Shown here in pieces: positions 37,600-49,680 of a DNA stretch of 64,000 bases (its first letter is position 1; each line of letters starts with the position of its first letter). The stretch is from Camelus dromedarius. Taxonomy: Eukaryota. The notes under the pieces are model-generated. The model was given only the letters and a program-made list of their open reading frames with translations. It was not told the origin of the DNA and searched no databases. The translations under genes and the position numbers were made by a program. The stretch covers positions 78,060,001-78,124,000 of the forward strand of contig NC_087437.1 of the NCBI RefSeq assembly GCF_036321535.1, read 5' to 3'.

Positions 37600-39050
37600 T
37601 AAAATTTTATCGAGATAATATATGTCCACAGTTTAAACAAAGTCAAATAGCACTACTAGTCCTATAAAGAAAAATAGGACTCCTTTACCCTCTCTCCCTA
37701 CTCTCAAATTCTACTTTTCAGAGGATACTGCTGAATCATCTAAATCATTTTTTTTCTGTAATTATATGTATATGTACACCAACTATATCTTGCTTTTTTA
37801 AACTTTGATATTATCTTTTGACTTTAAATTGACATTTAAGTTTTACTTTATTTGTATCACTCCTGACCCCTTCCTGCAACCCCCTTACCCTATACTTCCA
37901 AGACATATCACAATTTTTGTTAAATTAACATTCAGGGTTTACATTTATGACTATAACAATATTGTTCATTTCTTATCCATGGAATGTTCAACGATTACAT
38001 TATGTTATTGCCCATCTTTTAATAGGGTTAATTCCCCCCTTTTTCGTCATTTCTTTTTTTTTTTATTAACCTATTACTAATTTATCCCAAATTCCTGAAA
38101 AAAAACTGAAATGTGACTTAGTACTCCAGTATCACAAATATTCTCTCAGTTCCATCCATTTTCTGTTAGATTCCTCCTGAAGACTTCTGTCTAGCTCCTT
38201 TTGTCTGGATTATCTGTTCTCTGGACAGATGCACAGATGTTTTTCTAGGAATGCATTTCACCACCATCTTGGGAATTCTATTCCCTGCCTTCTTTCTTTG
38301 GATCCTCTGTTTTCAAGCTAACTTTTAGTTTAGTTTATTTTTTTTTTCCTGCTAATTCTTTGTTCCTTGAAGCATCCTGTAACTTCCTGATGGATGAATC
38401 TAGTAGCTTGAGTTAGTGGTGGTACATTTTTTGAAAACTAGACCACATTTCTGAACCATTATGATAGTGTGACTTGATGTGAGTCTCTTTTCATTCCTTG
38501 TTCCAATAGGCACTTTGAATCGAAAAGATTATCTCCTTCTTGGGCATTCTGGGGAATTTCTTGAATTATGTCTTTCTTTACTTCTTTTCTCCATTTTCTC
38601 TATTTGTTCTTTCTGAAAATTGAATTATTTGCATGCTGAACCTCCCAGATTAATGCTTGATTTAATTATTCTTTCTATTTTTCTTTTTCTCTCTTTTCTT
38701 TTTCTTTACTTTTCCAGTGGTGTCTTCAGGTTTATCTAAAACTCTTCTATTCATTTTCTTTTTATTTCTGCCTTCACTATTTAAATTATTATAAGATATT
38801 TTATTCTTTTGTTATATATGTATGTATTGTATATATACATACAATAAAAGAATAAAATATACATTATATATTTTAAAAACAGCATTCCATATATATTTCA
38901 TGGATATTATATTTTTTCTTATTTTTTTGCAGGTAATTTAAAGATTTTTATCTGCTAAGTTTTTATGCTACAATAGGTTTTTTATCTATTCCTTGTTTTA
39001 CGTCAATTTCCTCCTGCTTTTATTCTTTTAAATTTTATCTCATTTATGTT
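37600..39050 (-). mobile_element. Old L1/HAL1-like fragments
   Basis: T-rich antisense L1 motifs: aagtcaaatagcact..ctacttttcagagg; ttctggggaatttcttgaattatgtcttt..ttttctccattttctctatttgttctttctgaaa. Confidence 0.55.
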
Positions 39051-40072
39051 TTTATGTTTCAGCCTAATTTTCAAAGCAATTTTAAGAGGTAGGAACTATT
39101 TTAAGCTTCACATTATATATGAAGAAAATGCCTTAAAATAAATTGCCCCACATGACTTAGCATCAGAGTAGTCCAGCCAAACTAAAACATGACTTCATAT
39201 TTAGCTCTCTTACTCTTAAACTATGTTGACATTATCTTTTCTGCATTGTTATTGATATTTGAGGATTGATTATTGTAGAAAAACTGTTGCTGAAAAATAA
39301 GCCTTTTGCATAATCAGAGAGAATAGTAAATACTGTTTGTTGATTATTAAAAATTCTGTAATCTTTCAAAATTTTCCTAAGTGTTTAAACAAGATACATT
39401 TACAAATACATATTTACATGATTGTATTATTTACAGTAGGTAGATAATTTACATATCCTAATTTTTAGTTAGAAGGTTATGTATGTGTGTCTTCTATAAA
39501 GAAAAATAACTGAGTGGTAAGGTTTTCTCTCTTGTGTTTTTTCCCTGAGAGTTGACGTGTTCATGACAGGAAAAAAAAATATTTTGGTATGGTTTAGTGG
39601 TTGGAAACTCATAAATGCATAGTCTTTCAAGTTTGATTTATTAGGAACTACCAAAAACAAACACCCACCCTACCTGAGCAGTATACAAATTACCCTACAT
39701 TCTGAAGCATTTTGACTTTTTTTTTAAAGCTGAATTTAAACCTGAAGTAACTCTTATGTATATACATCTTTCTCAGAGAATGTTCAGGAAACAGCAGCCC
39801 ATGGAGAGTTGGCAGTGTTACATAAAAAGGGCCCACAGACAGACACTTGTGTAGATCCTGGCCACCAATCAACTTTATAGGTGGAAAAATTAAGATTCTG
39901 AAAATATCATGTGCATTGCTTGAAGTTATTCTGTAATACGATCCATCATTATTTTATCTTAGGGGTAACCATGCCAGGTTAAGAACTCCAAAATTTTTGA
40001 TGAGGAGAATCTAGAAATTAGTGAAATAAGTGAGATAGCAAGAATAGGTGGGAATGAATGAAGTTATGTGTA

Positions 40073-41562
40073 CAGGGCTGAATACACAATTTGTGGGTCT
40101 TGATACAAAATGAAATTCAAAGCCCCTGATTCAAAAAGCAGGAAAGAAAAAGTTCAGTTAAAATACAAAAATATAAAGCTTTTCGTTTAAAAAATTTATT
40201 GCTTATAAAATGTTATAGATACAGTAGAGATACGTGAGTAATAACAAAAAGATCGCAGAATAAGTTTAGTCCTATAGCTTATGATAATGAGATTATATAT
40301 AATGATACTTTATTATGTGATATGCATTTATAACACTCTTACAATAGTCTTTTAATGTTATATCTTGATTTTTCTGATCAGCTTTTCTGAACTTCATTAG
40401 GTCATCAAATTTGTATTTTTAGCAACTTCATTTTTAACCTATATAACTGAAAGTAGTGTCAGTCATAAATAATTATCAACTAAGTTTTGATAATTTTTAT
40501 TTTTGAGAAGAATCTTTTTTGCAGCTACAACTGCTAGAGCTGGAATAACTTTCCAATAATTATTTTAAAATAAAAATTTTAGTATATCTAGAGCTGATGA
40601 TTCTAGAGAAATAATTTTCCTAAAAATATTTAAACCTGTATAGGAATCAATTTCACATAAGTCTAAATTTAATTTTAATTGCAGTTTGTACGATGGAATT
40701 TTAATGAATCTTTGACATTTCCTGTAACTTGTAGGAATTACTCAAAAAAACAAAAGTGACTTCATACTTTATTTATAATTAAAAAAATACCTGTTTGTGC
40801 TTTCTATCACGATCTTCAATTATAAGAAAAGTTAATTTAAAATTGTACTCCTTGTAAATAATTGGTTCATTTGAAGCTTCATATGAAAATAGTGTTCTTT
40901 TTCATCAAATGTGACTATCTTTAAATTCAATTTCTATGCCTAGGGATATTTGCTTTGCAATGTTGCAGCAGTTTTCAAAACCTGAGTCTAACCCTTTGAA
41001 GAATTCTGATAGTTTGCTGATATGCTTTATTGCAGTGTTCTTGTGTACCCTTGTAATTTGTTACAATTTACTGACAAAGTTTACAGCATGAGCACAGGCA
41101 GATCTTGTCTCAGCACCCAGGCTGGAGAGTTAATATTTGTGATTTGTGCAGGTGCGTCAGGCAGGGCTTTGGGAAGGCCCGGACAAGCTGGTGTCCTGTC
41201 TGCTACCACTGTTGCTACTTCAGCAAGACATTGCTGCTGCTGTTGCCACCAGTCTGCTGGGGCCCAGTGCAAGCTGCTCCCTTGGGGCCCTGTGCTGCCA
41301 TGGACTGGCCCAGACGTGAACACATGTGGCCAGGTCACCTGCTTGGTGTGAGCTGCCACCACGCTCTCTGGCCTGAGCCTGAGCTTGCACGTAGCGTTAT
41401 CTCCTCTGCTCGCCTGTATGCTCCAGTGTGCCGCCGGACTTCACTTACAACACAGGTTCAAAGTTAAAATTATGAAATTTTGAGACAGTGAGAGCAGAAC
41501 GTTGAACCAAAAGCAGGACCCTTGAAAGACTGCACAGGTTACATGTCCTGTTGCTGGCTCTG
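40073..41562 (-). mobile_element. Near full-length hAT-Tip100 element (MER45R-like) with transposase remnant
   Basis: CAGGGC...GCTCTG termini match both ends of MER45 and of the short copy at 48872. Minus strand at about 40385-40550 reads PALAVVAAKRFFSK*-KIIK...RLTLLSVI*VKNEVAKNT-FDDLMKFRK, resembling the hAT C-terminal dimerisation domain. Confidence 0.8.
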
Positions 41563-42559
41563 TCTCTTGTGTGAAATTCTTGTTATCTCCCTGCAGTCTA
41601 TGAAATCTTTGAGCTTTCATCTGAAGCCTCTGAGAATGCCTAGACCTCAGGGTTGAAATTGAAAACTTTGGTATTCAAATTTCTCTCTATAAAGCACTGA
41701 AGTTCTATTTTTCACTATCTTGCAGGGCATTGTATCCTCCTGACAGTAGTTAACTTAGGTGTTGTTTGTGGACCCTGAATACACCAGCCTCACTGATGAC
41801 GTGAAAGCCATGCTTGTCGAATTGTAAATGGTGACACTTTCAGGGACCTATAGTTAGTGGCCGTTAGTGGCAATTGTTCATTTCTGAGAATCTGGTGACT
41901 GAATCTTTTTGATATTAATCTTATAAATTCTAAAAAATGATAACATTAAACAAGCCATCTATTTTAAACTTAAGACAGTGACTTCAATTGTTTAAAAGAG
42001 TTATATGTGCTTCTAAATCAGGGACAGGCTTTTGACAGAATCTACCTCTACCTTATGACCCCATGCTTTAGAGACAGGTATTTACACATTAATCTCTAAA
42101 GGAACTGGTAAATTGGGTTCAATAGGTATTGTGCCTCATGAAAATTAGATTTTAAATTGTAATTATATGTAAATTAATTAATAAAATATCTTAATATATT
42201 ATTTATAACTTAATAACTGATGGAAGTTTGTTGTGTTAGGTATGTATGGTTGGGAAGGATTGACTGCAGACATTGTGACATAACATTTTTCAATTAATTT
42301 TACCAGAATTGATTAGCTGCTATTTTTCAAGTATATTAAAAGATAAATGAAACATGACTTCTGTTTTAAAGGAGCTTAAAACTCAGAAAAAAAAAAAACC
42401 CTTGATTAAAAATGATCACAAATTTACTATAACGAAGTGAACATTTCCTAAATCCAGCAAAATTTCCTAACTAATATGTAATGTAATTTTCTGGCTCACT
42501 GTTATACTTACTCATGCTCTAAGCTGACTACAGCATTTAGTAAGTGCTCTATGAATGCT

Positions 42560-42770
42560 ATGGTTATGCACAAGGATTTTTACATGTTATCTTGTGAGAA
42601 ATCATGTCAACTCAACAAGATGCACGTTGTCTTCCCCATTTCATAGATGCAGAAATTAGGCCTGTGAGAGATTTAAAAAACATTCTCAGGTAGTTTAGCA
42701 AGTAAGTTGTATAACTGAGAAATGAATTCAAAACCGAGTCTGTTTGACACAAAAGTCCACTGGGCTGGCT
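42560..42770 (-). mobile_element. MIR SINE
   Basis: ccccatttcatagatgcagaaattaggcctgtgagagatttaa...gaattcaaaaccgagtctgtttgacacaaaagtcca. Confidence 0.75.
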
Positions 42771-45301
42771 TGTGCCTGTGGTATTTTCTTTGGCATGTAG
42801 CACTCTGAAGGTTCAGTCTAGAGCAGATTTTCTCAGCTGTGGACGACAGAATATTTTTCTAAGGAAGCATTCTAGGGGGAAGTGGGTAAGGGCAATAAAC
42901 AGGAGAATGGAAGGGATTTGTGGTCAGATATATTTGGCTGCATTCTCTTCTTCCCACTGGAAATTATAAGATACATTAGCATGTTCAATGATCTAGGATG
43001 CCTTACAATATAAAAAGTAAGTTGTGCTTGATCAGTTAGCACATATACCAAAAATTTGCAAGGAAATAGAATAATGTCATAGTCCTGGTATAGGCATGAC
43101 ACATAATTTTGCAGCACTACATATTTCTGTGTCTTACCTATTCCAAGATAAATTAAAAAATATAAAAATCTGATAATTTTTTTAAACTGCAACAGTATTT
43201 CTCACGTGATTTCTTTCCTTAGTACCAATTAGCATATTGTGGAAATATTGTTTCATCAAACAAGTTTTTGAGGAAAATGATGTGGAGCTTATAGCTCCAG
43301 AGAGATGATATATAGCTATTTAGAAGCATTAGCCACAGCATTATGGACTATAGAGAAAACATCTCACTCAATTTCTCACAGTTAAGGCACAGTTTGTTTG
43401 TTTGTTTTATTGTTATTATTATTGTAGAGAGAAACATCTTATAATTCACAAATAAGTTAATGAAAACTATATTTAAAATAATCATCATGCCAATTTGGGA
43501 GGAGATTATTATTTTTACAGAAGGTGACTTTTGTTAACTGATCTAAAAATTGTCATTGGAGTAGTGATGTAGCATAGCAGAACAATTGTAAAATGTGTAG
43601 GGGTGGCTGTGTGTAGGAGATCTGACCAAACAAAAAAGGGAGGGTAAAAATTGATTAAACAAAAGAAAAGAGAAAAGGAAAGCCAGGAAACTGCATTTAA
43701 ATCAAAAGCATCTGCATTCTAAGAAAAGGACAAATTACAATTAAAAGAGAGATGGAAAAATAAAACAAAAACAACAAGAGGAAAAAAACAGTTCCTGACA
43801 TGAAAAAAAAAAAATAGTAAGAGAATGTTACTTGTTTTAATTCTCAAGTTGATTTTGTCTAGGCCTGCATTTTTAAAATCTACTTTTAAAAAGTCAACAT
43901 TTTTTCTGAATGTGGGGAAAATGTCTTTGGTAATGTTTGGTACGTCTGCTGTATTCCTTCACCTCACTTGGTCTCCTGACTGATTATTTCATTAATCACC
44001 TTAAACTAGTAATTTATTTTGGAAAATCAGGGCACCAAAATAGTATAGTTCTTAATCCCAATTGAAAATTAATGCATAAAGATGATGACCTGTGGTTTCA
44101 TTTTGACCCGGCAGTTACCTGTTTTTAGAAGGCTCAACCCAATGGAGTCTTAGTAACGTAGGTCTTTCTTAACATCCCAGTAGTTGTCCTCTCAGCTCAG
44201 AATCAACAGGCTGAAGATTTGAAGGGCACGAGTAGGGAATGTTCCGAGATGCCCTCGGATTTAGTAAATAATAAATTTTTAAAAAGAGCACTTCTTTAGC
44301 AAGTAGTTCGTGTATTTGCTTACCAAGTATCACGCTGGGCACCAGAAGGGTTATGATAGGGGCAGCGGGGCTTGAAAAATTTCTATTGCTTTGGTGCCCT
44401 GCAGCAATCCTTTAAATGGGACAGGTATTTTCAAAATAACACTTGCCTAAAAGAATCCATAGTCTTTGTAGGCGTATCAGCAGCTTGAAAACGTCCTGAC
44501 TTGGGTTTCATTACTGGAAAAAAATCCAAATGAAACTTCTGTTAAGAGAATATAACCACAACAGGGGTCCTGATGTGGGTCTCTTTATAATAGAAATGAA
44601 GGTAGGCTGCATTTTAGGTCTCACTAATTTCCCAACATCTGTTTCTTATTCAGTTTCCTAGATCTAGGATTCTTTTCTGTAATGCGAAATGTATATTAAC
44701 TTTGTAAAATAATCACGAAAAGGAATATTCCCATGTGTCTTTTATGTGGGGATGAAAACAAATATGGCAAATGGAACAGAAAAATTAATTTAAACAACAT
44801 TTTTGTTGTTTTATTGTAAGAGAAAGAATTTCAGTGATTAAATTTGAACATAGATGCCTATATACAAGCATTCAGAAAGTTACTAGCTCTAAATAAATAT
44901 TTTCTTTAATCTTGAAAAATGACTAAATATGCATTTGAATTACATGGAGTATTTCCCTATTTTATCGTCACATTCCATTAGAGACACATACTTGGATATT
45001 CCTAGTGTTCTTAGAATACTTAGATTAATATTTCTCCATGTATGGTTCAAGCACCTCAGCAACAGAGTGAATCACCCAGTGTACTTTGGTTTTCATACTT
45101 CTTGAAATATAAATACCTGGGTCCCTCCTAAGATTTATTAAATCAGGATCTAAATGGGGGTGGTGCTCTGGGAACTTAATTTTACAGTAGATTTTCATTT
45201 AGTTTGATGTGATAAGCTTTGACTATATCTGCCTTAATGTTGAAGCAGAAATAATTTCTTGTACGCTAATTCTGAAGTATTTTGTTCTCATGAAGGGTGT
45301 A

Positions 45302-45688
45302 TGTATTTGTTTTCTCAGGCTGCCATAACGAAATACCAGAGCCTGGCTTAACGTAAATTTTTTTCTCATAGGTCTGGAGGCTGGAAAGCGTAAGATCAAG
45401 GTAGCAATAGGGTTCATCTTCTTGTGAAGACTCTCCTTCTGGCTTGCAGACAGCCACCTTCTCACTGTTCTCACAGGCCTTTCTTTGGTGCACATGCAAG
45501 GAGAGAATGAAGGAGCTCCCTGGTATCTCTTCTTATATGGACACTAATCCTATTGAATTAGGGCCCTACTCTTGATCTCATTTGACCTTGATTACTTTCT
45601 TAGAAGGACCATCTACAATACAGCCACACTGGGTGTTGGGGCTTCAACATATGAATTTTGGGGAGACCCAAACATTAAGTCAATAACA
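45302..45688 (-). mobile_element. ERVL-MaLR solo LTR (MLT1A-like)
   Basis: tgtatttgttttctcaggctgccataacgaaatacc..tctggaggctggaa..gcttgcagacagccaccttctcactg..gcttcaacatatgaattttggggagac..aacattaagtcaataaca. Confidence 0.9.
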
Positions 45689-46289
45689 ATGTGCAATATA
45701 CTTTGTCAAATGTTTAATTCGTTCCTTAAAACTGCAAAAATGTAACAGTCAAAAGCATCAGTTCCATCCATAAAGATGGGAAAACTTGAAAGAAACTCTA
45801 GTTTTAAAAGTCCCTCCTTTCCAGGACAAAAACTTTATAAATAGTTATGGTGAATTTTGCATCTTAGAACAGAACTTGAGTTAATAATCTTTCAAATTTA
45901 TATTCTGGATTGTTCTAAGCACAAAGGATAAGAAATAAAAAAATGTCCAAAATAGTTTCAGATTTTAGCCAAACCAAAAGGGTACATACCAGCATCCAGA
46001 GCTTAATCCTGTTATGGAGAGTGGAGGGGAAGGTGATATCTCGTGAAGGACAACTGAAATTTGAGAAGCTTGAAGCTGGAGAAAAAGCTAGATAAATGTA
46101 GGAAACTCAAAAACTGGGGTTTCAGGGAAAAGAACAAGAGTTTACTCCTTGATGATGTACAGATAGGAGCTGAAGAAACACAGTCCTGGGTATTAGACAG
46201 ATGTAGGTTTAATCCCTGTCTCTAGATGGATGAGGCTACATAACCTATCTGATATTTAAGTCCCATTGCAAAAAGAGATAATATGTTAT

Positions 46290-46879
46290 CTTTTTATTAA
46301 TGGTAAAACATTATCACAACTTATCGGCTTATGCAAATACCAATTCATCATTTCACAATTTCTGTGAATCAGGAATCTGGGCCCAACTTACCAGTGTCCC
46401 TTGCTCAAGGTCATACAAGTCTGCAGTTAAGGTCCTGGCTGGGCTGCATTCTCATCTGGAAGCTGACTGGAGATAGATACGATTCTAAGCTCACTGGGAT
46501 TGGTAGCAGAATTGATTTCCTTGCATTTGTATGAATGAAGACCATGGCTTTTTGCTGGCCAGTAGGCTGTTGACTGTCCTCAGTTCCTGCAGATCCTAGA
46601 GGCTGCCCACAAGTTCTTGCCACAAGGACCTCCTCCACATGGCTGTTTATTTCATCAAGTAAGCCAGGAGCTACTCTAGCTCTATTCTACTAAAACAGAA
46701 TCTTATATAACACAACTATAGGAGGAACATCTAACATAACCTTATCAAGAGTGACATCCCATCACTTTTGTTGCATTTTATTGGTGGAAAGCAAGTCAGA
46801 GATTTCAGCTGTACTTAGGGGGAGGGGATTATACAAGAGCATGACTCATTAGGGGTCACCTTTGGGTGTGTCTGCCACA
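46290..46879 (-). mobile_element. ERVL-MaLR LTR (MLT1E/F-like), probably inserted in a MIR (about 46170-46290)
   Basis: tttcacaatttctgtgaatcaggaatctggg..ctcatctggaagctgactggaga..cccatcacttttgttgcattttattgg..aagcaagtca..ggggaggggattatacaagagcatg..gtctgccaca. Confidence 0.8.
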
Positions 46880-47559
46880 TATAGCAATACCCACCCTGCT
46901 CTTTGGGGATTGAAAGAGACTGTAGACATTAAGTTTTTGGTTTGTATATGTACTGCTTATATAGGAATCATTACTGTGTTCCACTCACATGCCTAATGGA
47001 GAAAGGTTCTTTTGAGGCAGTAACTGATCTTTTGACCCTGCCTCATCTCATAGACTCAATCCAGAGCAACCAGTGAGTAGACCATGCATGTCTTGACAGG
47101 TGTCACACTTGTCTTTTATGATGAGTTTATGTTAAGTTTCCTGGACTGACTCTCAGGGAAAAAAAAAAAAAACTATGAAGAGGGAAAAATGACCAAGTAC
47201 TTCCTCTTTCTGCTTCTGACCTCCCCACTTAACATACACCTTGATAATATCTCTATATTTCTCTCTCCAGCACTCGAGGGAATTATGCCATTCTCCTTAT
47301 ACTCCAGGACCCTCTTAGGCATTTCCCTTGTGTGCACTCTCCTTAGAAAAAAAGGGTATCAAACTAACAACAAACTTTGTCTCATTACTATACGGCTCCC
47401 TCCTCCTGGGCTTTGACTTACATAGCTATAAAAAAGCTTAAACAAATTCAACATACTCCTTAATCGGCTGCCTCTTCCAGTAAGCACTAATAGCATCAGT
47501 ACTTGTACACAGGTAAAGGCAAGCAAGGGGAGACTGAGGAAGCTCAGAAAGGTACCTTT

Positions 47560-47680
47560 TCCTAGTTGAATCTTCAGATGAGCATGCAGCCCAGCCAGCG
47601 CTGGACTGCAGCCTTGTGAGATTCTGTGCTGAGGGCCCAGATAAGTCATACCTGGACTTCTGAGCTATAGAAACTATTTT
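47560..47680 (+). mobile_element. MLT1 LTR fragment
   Basis: cttcagatgagcatgcagcccagccagc..ggactgcagccttgtgagattctg..cccagataagtcatacctggacttctga..atagaaacta. Confidence 0.75.
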
Positions 47681-48871
47681 CCTTATATGATGATATTTTA
47701 GGTATTGTGTGTAATCTATGAGGCAAAATTTTCAGCACGAGGGAGACCTGACAACGACTCCAAACAATAGAAAAACTTCATCCTGTCTTTTTATTGTTCA
47801 ATAGAGAGCTTATGTTTCAACATATAAAACAATTACATGACTTTAAATAAACTGTTTAGTGTCTAAGTTGACATTCCTTACAAATGCACTTTTCTGGGAA
47901 AGGAACTAAAAATAATCACTCTTAGTGGAGTAATCAATGTTTTATTACCCTCTACAGCTTATAAATAACTTTAAAATGTATTCTTTCCATCCTGATAGCA
48001 TATATGAAAGATGTTTAATTAGTGGTTCTTTAGGAGAGGTCTGTGAATTTCTCTTAAGATACTTAAGATGGTCAGATGGCAAGTATAAACATACAAATAA
48101 AATAGTCTTATTTAAGGTATATTTTCCAGAAAAAAATAGGTTAAATGCATTTTAATCTATAGTTTAAATTAAATTATGGTGGTTATGAGAATAAATATTC
48201 CATGACTATTTAGGTAGTGTTGGTAAGAAGATGTAGACATTGTTTGGTTTACTGACTTGGTTCTTATATTGGAAAGTTTAAGAAAAATTGAATTAGAATA
48301 AAGTTTTCAATGTCCTCTAAATTAAAAATATTCAGAAAATAGGTGTTTAATTGGGCATATAGTGTTTTATTTCAGCACTTCAGGGACTGTAAAACACAAG
48401 TAGGTGGATTAAGCAGCTCTGGCGTGTTCAGATACCAACTAGTAGCCCTCGGCTACCTGCAGAAGATAACCTATCAAGCATGAAGTCTCTCTCATCAGAT
48501 TGTGTTTCTGTGCATGACATGCAGTCTTCAGGACCAGAGGGGAAATGGCTCAGTCCAGTTTTTTTTCATGGCTTGAACTGGCCTCACTGAACTGAATCGA
48601 TTGCTTGTAAAAATGGAAATATCAGTTTGATAAAGATTAAGGCATTTTTCTCACCTTTACCACACCTTGGATTAAAAGGATGAAATGGGATGTAGTAAGG
48701 AGTATGGGTGGTTGGACAGTGAATGGTACTGTATGGACAGCTGAGGATCCCACGTCTTACTTTCTTCCCCTACCCCCATCTCTAAGCTGGAACCCTGTGT
48801 GTGACTAAAACTTAACAGTTCAATTTAAATGAAGCAAAAAATAGGTAATACATAAACTTCAAATCAAGACT

Positions 48872-49034
48872 CAAGACTGGTTACATAATTTTCAAGACAC
48901 ATTGTAAAATGAAAATGTAGAGCCCTTTTTCCAAAAATTAGTAAAATTTTCAAGATGACAATAGCAGAGCATTAAAACAAGTGCAGGGCCCTTCCAAGGA
49001 TTATCTCAGGTCTCACACTGTGAAGCTAGCCCTG
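48872..49034. mobile_element. hAT-Tip100 MITE (MER45A-like)
   Basis: caagactggttacataatttt..tgtaaaatgaaaatgtagagcccttttt..ttcaagatgacaatagcagagcattaaaacaagtgcagggccctt..gaagctagccctg. Confidence 0.85.
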
Positions 49035-49444
49035 CAAAGGTCACCCTGCAATCTCCCAAATATCAGCTGCAGATTTGTCCTTAGGGTAGAATAAACATGT
49101 ACCTTCATTGCACTTTAGAGGGAAGATGGGATCCTGGGAGGCTTGGAGAGTGAGACGTTGATGCTACCTATGAGCTGGTACCCAGAACACCTGAAGCTCT
49201 TATGTTGGCTCTGCTGTCCAGGCCATACATCACATCTACATACACTGTTCTGTGCTTTCTTCTTTCTTTCTTTTACCATTTGATGCTTGTTTTACTCTGA
49301 ATACACATGGATTAAACTACTGGCAGGCAAAATGAGTTTTTACCCTTTCTCTATTCTGTATCCCGTGTATGGCTCTGGACCTCCAGGGAAAACTCCTGTT
49401 TTTGTTTCTTTCTGGGAAGAGGCTACCTGATCACGTCTTTATGA

Positions 49445-49680
49445 AATGTAGTGTACTCATGAAAGCACCAGCTTTGGAGTCAGACTTGTATAGGTTTTAC
49501 GACAGGTTCTTCCACTTCCCAGGTCTTTGATCTTTGGCAAATCATCTGTCTTTCCTGACTCCCTATTTCCTATTGTAAATGGCAATAAAAATATCTGCTT
49601 CATAGGCCTATTTTGCATATGAGAGGAGGTAGTGTTTAGAAAGACAGCTGCCCAGCATATTATAAATACTAAAAAATTAT
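49445..49680 (+). mobile_element. MIR SINE
   Basis: gctttggagtcagacttg..ttccacttcccaggtctttgatctttggcaaatca..tttcctattgtaaatggcaataa. Confidence 0.75.

Noticed and set aside
44196..44282. Possible terminal exon AQNQQAEDLKGTSRECSEMPSDLVNNKF*
   Set aside because: Short pyrimidine tract and no known match; cannot be supported from sequence alone.
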